Source of the DNA: Lama guanicoe
Lineage: Eukaryota
Length of the DNA stretch: 64,000 bases
Assembly: GCA_013239625.1 (NCBI GenBank)
Contig: MU055928.1
Span: 20,650,878 to 20,714,877 of the forward strand
Direction: 5' to 3'
The notes beneath the pieces were generated by a model, which saw only the letters and a program-made list of their open reading frames with translations, was not told the DNA's origin and did no database searches. Each line of letters starts with the position of its first letter. Positions within the stretch are counted from its first letter, which is position 1. The position numbers and the translations under genes were made by a program. Shown here in pieces: positions 27,400 through 40,432 of the stretch.

Positions 27400-28172
27400 G
27401 AAAAGTCTCAAGCAGAGGACTGACATGATAAGCCGTTTGTTTAGTCTAAGACCATGTGAAATGAAGAAGGCAGGCTCAGGAGGGTGACTATAGCATGAAT
27501 TGCAAAGGTAGTTCGCTGTTAGGAAGATCATTTCTATTTATGAAGTATGTCCTTTGCTTCCCCTGAAGCCTCCAATTTGAAATAACTTCCTAAGAGAGCA
27601 GGTAGATATAGCCAACTAGAGTTTGCAAGATACTTCAAAATAGGTTTCCAAGATTCAGATTTTAACTTTATATTGCATGGTCCCAGTACATGTATTTATT
27701 TAACATTTCAGAATATATAAAAAAATCCCATACAGATTATAAATTTAAAACATGCAGAGTAATTTCTAGATGGACTCCAAGACTGAAATCAGAAATAGCT
27801 TTGTGGTCAATGACAGAGAGTCTTGAAGGTCATTGAGTTTTTCAGAATCTGTAAAGCTTTTTCAACGCCATGTCATTAGCTCTCCTGTGGTATGACACAG
27901 TAGCGCTCATAATGAAGTTATGTCTGATGTAGTTAAAGAGCGATATTGCTTTTGCCCCCAGAAGGTCTTTTTAGACTTTATTATAGTCATTTTCATTGTG
28001 CAGTTGGATGGATTCGTATGGCAGCAGCCAACAGTAAATTATCAATATAAGTTCTCTGTCTCACTTAGTAAGAGCCAGACTTTCTATCAATGAACTAAAT
28101 ACTGAATTTCATAAACATATTTACATATTTTTAAAGAATATGTAGTGTTTCCAGGCAAAGACTCAGGTTCTT

Positions 28173-28202
28173 TTGTTGTTGTTGTTGTTGTTGTTGTTGT
28201 TT
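28173..28202. repeat. (GTT)n microsatellite
   Basis: About nine perfect GTT units. Confidence 0.9.
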
Positions 28203-28249
28203 TTATTTAAGTGGCTTAAAGAACAACCTACAGATCATCAAGCATTCAG

Positions 28250-28898
28250 ACCCTCGGGAATACTCACCACCAAGTAAGTAATCAAGATATGCTGAGGTGA
28301 GACTGGAGGGCCAGGGAGATTTGGGATGGATTTTGTAGGAGGAAAAGGATGAGCACCAATGGGATCAACTGCAGTGACTGGACTGTAGTTCATCCCATAA
28401 ATTTCTTTTACTTTTCCCCTCAGGAAGTCAGGACCATGGGAACCATGGAGGGGGTCCTCCCCAAATTAGTGTGGAGAAGGAAATCTGTGTGGAGCAAGTG
28501 GTGGACTGTGGCAGCCATGAAAATGGACTAGTCAATCTCTTGCTGAACAAAGTGTAATTGACCAGTGGCCCAAGGTGTTGCATTCGAAATACACCAACAT
28601 GACTGTGCTGAGGTCACACTTCGCACGAGCTGCTTCCCACAAAAGACTAGACACAGAAGGGGCTCCTCTGATGGGGGTTCGGCTCATGTAATCCCCACTG
28701 GCTTAGCTGAAACTTTCTTCAAACTCTCTCCTTCCTTCTTTCTCTCCACAGGAGTCCAAACTACACCAGAGTCTGAAGGCTTTCCCCACCTCCGCCAGCC
28801 CCAACCTATTTGTTCCTCGCAGATGTTTCCTTCAATATATTTCTTGCACACCTAACGCCATTTTGCTGTCTGCCTCTTTGAGGACCCAAACTAGCACA
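28250..28898 (+). mobile_element. ERVL-class LTR relic (LTR16-like); 5' boundary uncertain
   Basis: 3' end TCTTGCACACCTAACGCCATTTTGCTGTCTGCCTCTTTGAGGACCCAAACTAGCACA resembles LTR16-family termini. Confidence 0.55.
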
Positions 28899-28929
28899 GA
28901 GTCATCGTTAATAAGTACAGAAAGAATAA

Positions 28930-29976
28930 AAGACGTTCTATTAAGTAAGCCATTACCAATAGTGTCAGCAGTGACCTTCGTTAACTCTCTTGGATGTAAT
29001 CTTCATTAAACCTGCGAATGTGTGTAAGAAAGAGAAGCTATGTACTCTATCTCACAGCAGTTCTATAGCTCAACAGTGAGATTTTATTGCAATTTTCTTG
29101 AGATCAGAGCCAAGAATAAAACTTTTGTGATCAAGAAGAACTGTCCTCAACCACTGTGTTTGAACACTGAATGAATTTGGAGACTACATTTTGCAGTAGA
29201 CTTGATAATGTTTCTTAATTAATTTGACCCAAAATTACAAGGCAAAATTATCAGTACTTATATGCAAAACTTGCACTGCAGGAGTATTATTTCGATGGCA
29301 ACTAATATTGTTTGAATCATAAATAATGTCAAGTTGTTTTATACACTTCCTAGGTTGTCAAAAGTTAAGATAAAAAGAAACACCTCCATTACCACATAAT
29401 CCTGAAGAAGATACACTTTTCAAGCTCAACCTAAGTTCCAGTAGTTCCAGGTTCTAAGGAAATTTCCATATTTCAAAATTCAGTTAACTGTGAAAGTGAG
29501 GAGTTTCCACCCAACCTTCAATTGGAAGTGAACCATCTGAAATGTAATGACATTCCAAAAGGCAAATATCTAGAGAAGGATCTAACGGAATTCTATAAGT
29601 GCCTTTCATATGCTCAGGGGTTAATATCAGTATTTAGCAGAACCCATCTCTGTGAAAAGACATTTTCAAAGATGAAACACATAAAATCTCATTACAGGTC
29701 AGCATTGATAGATGAACACTTGAAGCTGACTTTGATGATAGGAAATACTCACTTTGAACCCAATAAATGAAATATGATTCCCAAAGGAAAATTCCATTAT
29801 TCTAACTAATATACTTGTATTATCCAAAAAATGTCTTCAATTATTACATTTTGAATTTCATCAATAAGATTTGTGGACTCCTGCTTCCTCATTTGTTATA
29901 TAATGACCTCTATAATAGTCCCAGTTTTGCCTCTCAGACCACAAAGCCTAAAATATTTCATTCCTGACTCTTTACA
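28930..29976 (+). mobile_element. hAT-Charlie DNA transposon, decayed transposase C-terminus and 3' subterminal region
   Basis: ORF 29522-29770 contains SVFSRTHLCEKTFSKMKHIKSHYRSALIDEHL (hAT dimerization-domain motif, GTF2IRD2/Charlie-like). Ends CACAAAGCCTAAAATATTT...CTTTACAG like Charlie/MER58 termini. Upstream part is frameshifted. Confidence 0.82.
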
Positions 29977-32689
29977 GTGTAGTTTATCAGTATGGAAGAT
30001 TCCATAAGTAGAAACTAGAAACCATACACAATGTCTTGATTGTTTTCCCTTGTATTTTGATATTAATTAAATATACTCCATTTTCCGGGCTTCTATTTGA
30101 GAACAATTCTGTGGTACCTTCAAATACAAACATGTTTGCAGCAAAACAGCTATGTGAGTGGAAAAGTTCTAGAAGGAGCTTCAAATGATGCCATTTAGAT
30201 TTTCACAGCCCAGTTCCCTTAATCTTATACTGCCCGAAGCCATCATTTGTGGCTTGACACTAGACAAAATTATTTGAAATTGTTCAACATGCTACATTAT
30301 AGTTGCACTCTTAAGGATATCAGATGCACTGTTAATCTCATCTATAAGTTATATTGTGGCCTAAAATGTTCTAGCTGTATTTAAGATAAGCTCCAAAATA
30401 TGAGAATATACCAGTAGCAGCAATCTAAAGTAAAATATATGGCTATGCAGAAATTATATGTTTGGGCAGAACAGGAAATTATTTACAGATCCTACAGGCT
30501 TTTCTTCCTGGTCCTGCCCTGTGGCATAACAGAGATTTTATTTTCATAAGGTGGCAAGAGAAACTTTGGAAGTGAGATAAATATGCAGTTTATACTCAAC
30601 AGAAAGTTTAATAGTATAAAATACTAAATGAATTTGTGGTCACATTAATAATCTTTAAAAGATGCAACCTTAGAACTATGGTACCACTAATCATGAGGCT
30701 TTGAAAAAATATACACATCCAAAATAAAGCTTTAAATTAAAAATAATGAATATTCATTATATTACTCTTCTGGATGGAATTGCCTAAGTATTATTAAAAT
30801 TATAAAACAAATTAGACTGAGTTTGTTCATTTTATTTTTAATTTTTTAGAAGATAAATGTTTTGTTGGAATTCATTCATCTCAAACTTATTCCTTCAGCA
30901 TGCTAATTAATAAAACAGGATCATGGTTTGTTAATTAAAATAAGATACTTCAGGGAATTGAAATTAATTTTGAAGTTCTAGTAGGTACCCTGATATCTAT
31001 CTATCTCCCAGATGTTTTGTTAGCATTGTAAGAAGTGGGTAAAGGCATTCTTAGCTTGACTTTGGCGAAAGTGAGAAGAAATTATCCATTTTAGGCTAAT
31101 CACAATGGGTGAGGAAGATTAATGTAGTTTTTCATTAAGACTAATCTCCATGGATATGTTAGAAATTTCAGAATAAGCTTTCAAATGCTATATATCTAAG
31201 TCATTTGTTCAAATGTGATCCAGTTTAATAGTTAATGAAAGCTATAACCATCTGGCAGATGTTTTCTGGCCTATGTGAAATGAGTTGAGGGGCTCATTTC
31301 TATTTCTATTGAACACATGTCCAGGTCACCAGAAATACCACCGCAATTTGCACCCTAATTAGCAGTCTCAAGCATGTTGTGGGCTGCATGGTAATGGAAC
31401 ATGGGCTACTCTCCAAATTTAGAAATGAATCTATTCAGATACAAATAGAAATGCCCTTGTAGGGTCAACATCAAGAGAGCTTGCATTTCTGTGTAGTGTA
31501 AATTTCAAAAACAAAAAGTTGTTTTTTGTTTTTTTTCTTTTTTTTGCTGAAGGGATTCATTTGACAATTTCTCTGAAACATTCTTCCTGACTAGTAATTT
31601 TTTGATAAAATCCAGAGCAACGCATATATTATCATCATGGCTCTTAACATGAGGAAAACAGACCCCTCTGAGAATCTGATAAAAGCTCCAAGCGCCTACC
31701 CAATAAAACTAACTTGTGTACTTATACCAACATTTGTATGCAATACCAAAGACTTTGCAGAAGACCCTCACCCTAATGCAAGTAAAGATCTCAGAAACTA
31801 CAATCAAGATATCCCTTGTGATGAGCAGACGAGTATCAATGAATACGTTTTTTCATTACAATAATAGGCCCAATAAAAATACATGGAACTTCTAAATAAA
31901 AAGATTCAGTAAAACGGTCACTTCCTTCGTATGGTAGTTGGAATGGTACCAATCAATCCCAGATGCTTTCTTAAGTTGGTAATTCTGGCACATCTGAGGC
32001 TATCTTTCTATAAGTATATTGCTGTGGTCCTCTAGGCTATACATTTAGCAAAAGTCACTGCATTTTACATGAGCCCTTCCGTTGTGTTCAGAAATTTTGT
32101 AGACCTGCTTTGAAAGACTAAAAGGAATGTCCTTGACATGCAAGAAAAATAATTACACAAGTATGAAAATGAAACTCAGGGGAAAAAACAAGAATTTTCT
32201 TTGCACATCAAATATATATAATATTTAGGTGGGTATATTGCACTTGGAAAAAATCTGCTCATTTAAGTCAACTAAACTGTAATGAGTTTGAAAGAGGCAC
32301 AGACAGGATAGAAGGGGTTGCTTCCCTTTTGACACAATGAGTGAGGGACAAACATGAGGAAACAGGCAGTGATGGTACCACATGGGATCAGCCATGATGA
32401 GGAAGGATAAGAAGCCCTTACGGGGTAAACCTGAGAGGAGGGTGCTCAGCGTCTCTGGACCTAGAGCTCCTGGAGGACCGTGTGTATTTTATCTGATTCT
32501 AATTCCCACGTCCAGCATGATGACTGGCCAAAAGAATGGCACGTAATGGAGATTTTGTGTTGACAAGTCAACTTGTTATGGAGTCGGTGGTTGGTGATGG
32601 TGTGTATGTAAAACTTATAAAGCATCAGAGCTTTTTGAATAATTAATATGTACAATCATTTATACAATTTAATAAAATGTGTTATACAA

Positions 32690-33160
32690 ATCTAAAGATC
32701 AGAAGAGAGGTAAGGACTAATATTATAAATTTTGGAGTTGATAGAAATTAGAGTCAGCATGTGGGTAAGATTGTTCAAGGAGAGAATACAGAACAAAAAA
32801 ATAAAAAAGAAGACCAAGGATGGAGACTAGGTAACATCAAAATTAAAATTTAGGTAAATACAAGAATGCCCTCAGAGTAATAAAAGCAAAACCAGGAAGA
32901 AATAATATCAAATAAGTCAAAGAAGGAAAGTGTTTTGAAACAGGGAGTTGTCAACCCAGTCGAGTGCCAAGAGAGGTCAAATGAATAATTTCAAAGCATA
33001 TTTAGGTTTGGAAACCAGAAGGCCATATGTTACCTTGGAGACAGCCATTTCAGAGCAGTGATAGACCATTGAATTATGAAGCAGAAGCCAGATTGCGTTT
33101 GTGTAAGCAGAGAAAGGCGGGCAGCGGGTGGGCAGAGGAAGTTGAGAAGACAAATACTGA
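32690..33160 (-). mobile_element. L2 LINE fragment
   Basis: ATAAATTTGGAGTTG...GGGAGTTGTCAAC...GAGAGGTCAAATGA...AGAAGCCAGATTGC purine-rich L2 motifs. Confidence 0.6.
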
Positions 33161-34019
33161 TGTATACTTCAGGAAGCTTCTATTCAAACAAAGGAGACAA
33201 TGACTCCAGCATTGCAAATGACACAGGCACAGATGAGGGAAATATTGCTCCAGATTTTCCTTCATGTCACTTCAATTCCTGCACCAAGTATAAATCTGCA
33301 CACAGATTTAAGAAATCTCTGCCAGGAAAGGGAGGTCAATTAAGCGTCACAGCGAATTACCAGAAGTGGTTTGTGGAATCACATTTCCTCTAGGTTTATC
33401 TGTCCAAATTATTTGTAAGATATGCCTGAGGGTAAGGAGGTAAAACACCTAAATCCTGGAGACCCCTGACAACTCTGCAGCACCAGCATTCATTTTTTTG
33501 TTTTGTTTTGTTTTGTTTTACTTTAATTAGCCTTCTGAGAAGCAACTTAGAAAGGCCAATGTAACATTTCTCAGATTCTTTCTGGTTATAAAGAATATTA
33601 AAAAACAAGGGGCAAAATTAGAAACAAACACAGACGCCCTTACCTTAATTTCTTCATCTGCAAATACTTGAAGCCAAATTCTACCGCAATTCTCACATTC
33701 CTCCCTTGCTGTTGTTTGTTTATTTCTACTTTAACATAATTGGTTTTAGTCTATGAGTTCTCTTGTATGTTAATGCATGCAAATATAAATGAATTAAATC
33801 AGCCCAAGAATAAAACTAGATGAAAACTCATGTGATCTCCTGCCTTTTTTTTTTTTTTGGCTAAACATAACAAAATATAATAAAAAGGACAAAACATGAA
33901 TAAATGAACAAAAAATATAAATAAAACAAAAAGGACACGGTGGGCTTCTGTGAGATGTCCTGTGGTCTCCTTCTTTTGTAATCTCATTTTAGTTACAAAC
34001 ACAAGAAAAAAATTGTTTT

Positions 34020-34490
34020 GGAAATCCTGCCTTTTGGGACAACACTGATGCAACTTGAGGGCATCGTGCTACGAGAAATAAGCCAGAGAGAGAAAGGCAA
34101 ATGCTGTATATCACTTATATGTGGAATCTGGAAAAAGCTGAACTCATAAAACAGAAAGCAGCAATGGTGGTTCCAGGTAATGGGTTTGGGGTGAGGAAGG
34201 AAAATGGGGAGGTGTTGTTTAAGGGTACAAAATAAATATGTCCAGGAGGGCCAACATGCCACATAGTGATTGTAGTCAACAATACTGTATTATAATCTTC
34301 AAAGTTGCTAAAAGACTAGATCTTTTAGTCCCCACTGCAAAAAAAGAAATGATAATTGTGTGAGGTGTTAGCTAACTCTATGGTGCTAATCAGATTACAA
34401 TACATACATGTATCAAATCAACATTTTGTATATCTTAAATTTGCACAACATTATATGTCGATTACATTTCAACTAAAAAAATAATAATAA
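34020..34490 (+). mobile_element. L1 (L1MA9/MB-like) 3' end
   Basis: GGAAATCCTGCCTTTTGGGACAAC...ATCACTTATATGTGGAATCT...AAAGTTGCTAAAAGACTAGATCTT...TGTATCAAATCAACATT, A-rich tail. Confidence 0.85.
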
Positions 34491-35230
34491 AGATAGTGAT
34501 ACGAGGAAAGAAAACTGGAATTCTTTTCTTCAAGTCGTCTTAGTGACAAGGTCACTTAAGGCTCTGTGAAACTGGATAGGCAGAGTTCACACCTCCACCT
34601 GCCTGGGCAAAATTACACATCCCTTCTAGACTGAGCCTAGGGATAAAAATGCAATACTCATACAGTAACTGGACAGATTGTGGCTGCTTGTTAATTCAGT
34701 GAATTTCTCAAAACTCTCCTCTTAGTAAATGTAAGCGGGTGACAAAAAGAGACCCAAAAGAATAGACAAATACCGGGTTTTAAGCAGGAATGTGAAAAAT
34801 AACCTCTAGCCTGGGAGGACACCTTCTCCTCTGTTTCTCTCTTTCACTTTCTGAAAGGACTGCTTGTGTTTGATCACGTGTTTGTTTAATGAAGTGTCTG
34901 GCTTTAAATGAGTTAATGAACCATTGTTCGTGGAACAAAATAGGCAATGCTGGTTTTCTTGTGAATAGCAAGCTGATTATTGCTTTATTTCTCCTTAATT
35001 ATAATATCATTGGGAAGCTTTATTAGAAGTGATTTTGAGTGAATATTAAGAAACTGGTTACACAATGTTTAGAATTTCTAGACCAGTTGTTCTTAAGGAA
35101 CTTTCAGACGCAGATCAAATCAAAGATGCTCTGTTTTAAAGGAGAGAAGGGGTCCAGAGTCTCTCTGCCCAGCCTCACTGGGGTCCCACATCCTGCCCTG
35201 CCCTTTGCATTCAGAAGCCCCTAGTAATAT

Positions 35231-37129
35231 AAATCTAGTACATATATTTATGTTCACATTCAATTCAGAGAGACCTGCCTGCCCTTAGAACATGAGGATT
35301 TCCCAAAATACATTTTGAAATTCACTGACCTAGTCTAGTATCTTCTCACATTCCTTTCTTCTCCTAACGCTGGTTGTTTTATGACTCATAGTCACCTTCA
35401 ACTGTATAGCAAAGAACATGCTTGGAACCAAATTTCATAGAAAACATACACAGCGCTTATAAATTACTCACCTTGTCAATTTGCTGTGATTAACTAAATT
35501 AAAGATACATTTACTTTTCTCTCATAATGTCAGATGCAAAAGATGATAAGGGTATAAAAATTAATAAATGAAGACCTTAATTAAATGGAGTCTGGAGACC
35601 AGAAAGGGGAGCTCCCATGCCCTGCCATAATAGCAGAGCCCAACAGGAAGAAGGAGGACCCCTTTCCTTGCCTGGCAAGAAGCTCAGTGAAGGAGAGACA
35701 GTCACAAAACAGTGGATGAAAAGCTGCGGACTCTGCTTACTGTAGCTCTCCCAACTTCCTTGTTCCCTCCATAAAAGAGTCCACCTCTTCATGTATGCTG
35801 AGGACTTCCACATGTCTCCCCAGGGTTGCAAACTCCAAATTGCAATTCTTCGCTGATCCTGAATAAACTCACTTTTGCTGGAGAAATAACTGGCAGCCTA
35901 TTTGTTTTAGGTTAACAAGAGCATGAGAAGTTTTTTCCTTCCCCTTTTCCTCCTTCAAGGACTGCCTTTTTCATGTGAACCATGCACTCTAGTGATGCCC
36001 CAGATTTTTTTAAAAGAAGAAACCTGTATTTAAAGTCATGATTTCTGCAGTAAGAATCATTTTGTTGTGTTTCTCCAAGCAGGGGGGAAAAAGTATTCTA
36101 AACAAGGACTATTGAAAATGGGATTCAAAGGACTTCTCTGATGGTGGAGTTTTGGGTCCTGAAGCATCTTCATGGGGTTAGCTCCCCATTTCTGAATTCC
36201 ATCAGTGTGACCCTGGTGATGCAATGAAACTTAAATTCATCGTAGCTTCTTTTTACAGGCTAGTGTTGCATTGTAAATGAAAAGTGCCAATAGTGGAGTC
36301 AGGCCAGGTTCGATATTCTGAATTTTTCTCAAACATAAGGCAGCAACCCATGGCTTTGCAGGTGGTGTCATGTATGTTGTTGTCATACCTAAGAGAAGGC
36401 CATTCATATTACAGACATGGCAGATTCGTATGCTGATTGCAACCATTTTTCTGACAGATGAGAGTAAAATCCCAGTTCTAACAAAATCACAAAAGGGACT
36501 CAAGGTAGGGGTTTCATGACAGATATTCTCCTTTGGCCCCTTAAAGTCCATTCTCTGTCCATCTCCACCTACCCCTACCCTGCTCTCTGCCCAAAGAAAC
36601 CGATTTCTTTGTTCTACAAAATAGAACCCTCTGTCTTCTTGTGGGAGTTTAGCCAGAGAGGAGCCGGGAGACGGAAAGGTCAGGGAGGGAGAGGTCAGAG
36701 GAGCTTTTCCCGCTTACGTCCCTCTCCCGGCAGTCAGCCCCACCAGACTCTCTCTTTCTGGCTGACCAGCAGACCGAGGGGTATTTGTCCTAGGTCTCCA
36801 CACCCACAAATGTAGAAATAATGCCTTTGTAAATAAATATTCCTGACCTTGTTCTATTTTGAAGGTGCTTCTGTTTCTCATTGGTACCCTGACCGCTGGG
36901 GGTCCCTTCCTCATTCATTTACAGGCAGTGCATGTGTTGGCCCTTGTTTGTGTTCCTGCTCCAGATTCAGGGCCGCAGATCCACTGATCCATGCCTCTGT
37001 ACTTTCTCCCTAATAGGAAAAAAAAGGAAATAAATGGACAATTTGAAAAGAAGAGAAATACTTATGGGGAAGAGGACCCTCCCAGAAAACCTAGTACATG
37101 TATTTATGTTCACATTCAATTCAGAGAGA
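35231..37129 (+). repeat. Dispersed 43-bp direct repeat pair (35231-35273 and 37087-37129)
   Basis: AAA(T/C)CTAGTACAT(A/G)TATTTATGTTCACATTCAATTCAGAGAGA occurs twice with 2 mismatches. Confidence 0.9.
35569..35917 (+). mobile_element. Solo LTR-like element (probably ERV1)
   Basis: TGAAGACC...TTAGGTTAACA termini, CATAAAA TATA-like box, AATAAA at ~35862. No clear TSD. Confidence 0.65.
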
Positions 37130-38045
37130 AATAAAAATTCCTACACATTCCTTTTCACTATGAAAAACACCACTCCAAAATTCAGAACAACAAAAATCTT
37201 GCTTTGGCATTGATTTAAAATGCATAGTGCTCAAACCACAAACGTCAAATCATGCAAACGTTTTAAAACATGAGCCTTATATCCTAACTTCCAACTCCCG
37301 GTTCCATTTTCTTTCAACAATTCACAATTTTTTCAAGATGGATATTAGAAAATACGGTTAAAGTATTCTAAAAAATCCAAATATGTAAATATTATAAATA
37401 TATGAAAATATTTATAAGATTATCCTAAAATATGTTTATGCTTTCGATTCCTGATTTATCAATTTAAACAGTACCTATTGAATCAAAATTAGATTAGCTA
37501 TTTAATAAAATCAGTATTAGATTGGCTATTTAATGAAATTACATTTGCTTTCATGAAATATTATATGAATAAATACATTCAACTGCTGTTATGTTTTCCA
37601 GGTTTCTATAATTTACCTTATGTTATTTATCTATAACCATGTCCTGTGTTTTATCCGTAGGTTGATTACACAAACTGACCAAGAATAGCATTTATCATAT
37701 AGTATTCAATACTTTAGAATCAAGTTGTATGGGGAAAAAAAAAGACACAAGTAACCTTACGCTGCTAAATATATGCCAAAGGGAAAATACTCTCAGCATC
37801 AAGGTCAAATTAATTTTCTTTTCAGATACTCAACGAATTGCTCCAAACATTGTCACATGACTGTGCTTGTTTTTCTATGTTGAACCATGAATTCAGTTAC
37901 ATATAATTTAAAATGAGAATTTAAAATAATTATACTCTAATCCATAAATTATACACAAATACAGTGTTATTTATGTTAAACCTTCAATGAATTTATTAAT
38001 CCTAAAAAAAATTGTTAATGAGAGTGAAATTGTAGCTTTAGGAAG

Positions 38046-38132
38046 GTTACCTTGGTAACAGTTTGGCTTGGTTTCCATGGTTACTAAGAGTACAGCTGAG
38101 AGGCTCAAAGAATTACAATTTCCTTTGATTGG
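38046..38132. promoter_or_regulatory. Candidate enhancer: two RFX X-boxes + E-box + inverted CCAAT
   Basis: GTTACCTTGGTAAC (38046-38059), GTTTCCATGGTTAC (38071-38084), CAGCTG (38093-38098), ATTGG (38128-38132) in DNA where I recognise no repeat. Confidence 0.55.
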
Positions 38133-39467
38133 TAGATTCTCAAAAATGATGATTTGGAAAGTGACAGGGGATTTTAAAAAAAGAAAAAGATTTTCCTCGT
38201 GAGGAAAGAGACGTTAAGTGTAATAATAGCACACTGATGGTCAGACACAAGACAGGCTTTTGAAATTTAATGAAACCTCCCTTTGCCTCTTCATAAAAAA
38301 TTGGACAGACTATCTCAATTTATAACAGCATGAATCTGAAAGCCAAAATTCCTGCTCTTGATTAAGTGGCCAAAATATGTTAGACTGTTTATGGAGAACT
38401 TTTAAAAATTAGGTTAAAATTTTAATAATTGATTTAAAAATTTAAATGATCCGAAAGGCTAAAAGAAACATTTTTTATTGCTCTTTATTGTTTTCTAGTT
38501 TTGAGTAGGAAAAAATAATATGGTGTAACAGAAGGATAGTGATAAGAGCATTATGAAATCAAAGTCAGGGACATCTCTGTAGCTACTTGCGTATACTTAG
38601 GCATATCATTTTATTTACAATTATCAGTGCTTACTATCAAAAGTAACACAGAAAGTGAATAACTACTTAAGCTACTCCTTGGAAAATACTATAATACATG
38701 ATGTTAAGGTCTCTTTCTGTACCTTGAATCCTTTGATTTTAAGATATTTCCTCCCAATTTGGAGAGCACATTGAAGAGACGTGCAGGCAGGCTAGGACAA
38801 ATGTGGACAGCAGCTCTAGATGCTTAGCCCCTCCCCACTGTGCCAGAGTCACCCAAGAAGCAGGAAGAATGTCTAAGACTCTTCATTTAGATCTTCCCAG
38901 TGGGAAGGATGTTTAAAGGGAAGATGGAATGAACAGTCTTCCCCAGAGTTAACTGTCTCCAGCTGGAAGGCAAAGCAGTCAAAGACAAAGAACTTAAAAG
39001 GCAAGGCAGGCCCTCTGAGAGAGGGGAAAGAGGCCCCATGAAACGGATGCACTAAAGGCCAGGGGTCTGGACACCTTGACGGCAGTCGCCTCGTCTCCTT
39101 TACCAGGCGATGTTCCAACCCTGCAAACTCTAACCCCCTGGTTCATAGACTAGTCATTCGAGAAATTCTGTGGGCAAAAGCAACAGTTTTCAATTGTGTT
39201 TCTATTCCAGCACTCGGTGAGAATGTGGAAATGGCAGCTGGAAGAAGGGACAAGGGAAATAATCAGCCTAACCTTCTGAGAAGCAGATGAGGGCTCTAGG
39301 AGCCCACTTCACTTTGGATACAAGGGTGTCCACCCCAAACAGAAACAGGATACCCAGCCAACTAGGACATGGAAACGAATATAAAATAGGCGATATTTAG
39401 GTAAAAACATAAATGAGATAAGGGCGTTTACCTGCGAACACCTTGTAGAGGAGCGTTCCAGAGAGAG

Positions 39468-39977
39468 TGTTGCCAAGCAAGGGCTCACTTGCTGCCTGAG
39501 TCACATAGAAGCCAATACAATGGCACCGGCTTTTGAGAAAAGAGTATTATTTCGAGGTTTACCAGTAAGGAGACAGGAGGCAAGCCTCTCAAATCTGTTT
39601 CCTGATTCAAGGTTAGGGGTGATACTTAAGGGGTTAAGGAAATTTCAGTTCCTTTGTCCTTCTCCCATCTTTGGAATGTATGTTCTGCTTGCCTGCCCCA
39701 AGCTAGATGCTACTGCAAGGACACAGCCTTGAGACAGTAAGCTGTTGCTGAGAACATCTGGATGTATACATGACTGAGCCCAGTTAAGGCTTCTATATAA
39801 CTTTTAAAGTTTAGGTGAGCAGTTGTGGAAATCTATTCACCTTCCAGCTACCCAAGAACATACCACCTAAATAAGTTCCCTTGCGTATCAAAACTAGCAC
39901 CCACCAATCTGGAGAGTTCTGCCTTTCTTTGGTCTCTCCTTGCCTTCCATGTACAAGGGACAGTTTGCAAACCAACA
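39468..39977. mobile_element. Composite ERV LTR fragments
   Basis: TGTTGCCAAGCAAGGGCTCACTTGCTGCC...AAGGAGACAGGAGGC (reverse-oriented LTR end) joined to a + strand LTR part with TATATAA and ending ...CAAACCAACA. Confidence 0.55.
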
Positions 39978-40134
39978 GGTTGTTTCCCATTTGGGGTTAT
40001 AATGATCTATGCTTCCAATGAGTATTCTTCCGTATTGGAGGAGATGTTTCTCATGTTGGAGATGTGCAAGGGTTTCTTCGTATATAGTTGGAAGTGGAAT
40101 TGCTAGGGCTTAAGTATGTGTCTCTTCAAATATA

Positions 40135-40432
40135 CAGCTGACTCCTTGAACAGAACAGGTTTGAATTGCCTGGCGCCACTTATACATGGATGTTTCAATA
40201 ATATACAGTCAGCCCTCTGTATTTGAGGATTTTGCATCTACTGATTCAGCCAACCACACATGAAAATTTGCATATGGCGTTGGTTGAATCCATGAATGCA
40301 AAACCCATGGAAATGGAGGGCCAACGGTATTCATTGCACTGCACCATTTTATGAAAGGGACTTGAGCATCTGCAGATTTTGGCTTATTAGGGGCTCCTGG
40401 AACCAATCCCCTCTGATTCTAAAGAACAGCTA
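40135..40432. mobile_element. TcMar-Tigger MITE (Tigger2a/MER2-like) inserted in an old minus-strand L1 (~39990-40620)
   Basis: TA-CAGCTGACTCCTTGAACA...GGTTTGAATTGC 5' end and GGGACTTGAGCATCTGCAGATTTTGG...CCTGGAACCAATCCCC 3' end. Flanks read as contiguous L1 (GTGGAATTGCTAGG...CCAACACTTGGTATTGTC). Confidence 0.8.

Noticed and set aside
25740..35475. Consensus minus-strand splice donors (~25750, ~25940, ~35468) suggesting a divergent lncRNA
   Set aside because: Isolated donors occur by chance in 64 kb, and no acceptor/exon chain could be supported without RNA data.
36670..36700. Two AGGTCA half-sites (9-bp spacing) as a nuclear receptor element
   Set aside because: Non-standard spacing, and it lies in sequence resembling an old ERVL LTR relic.
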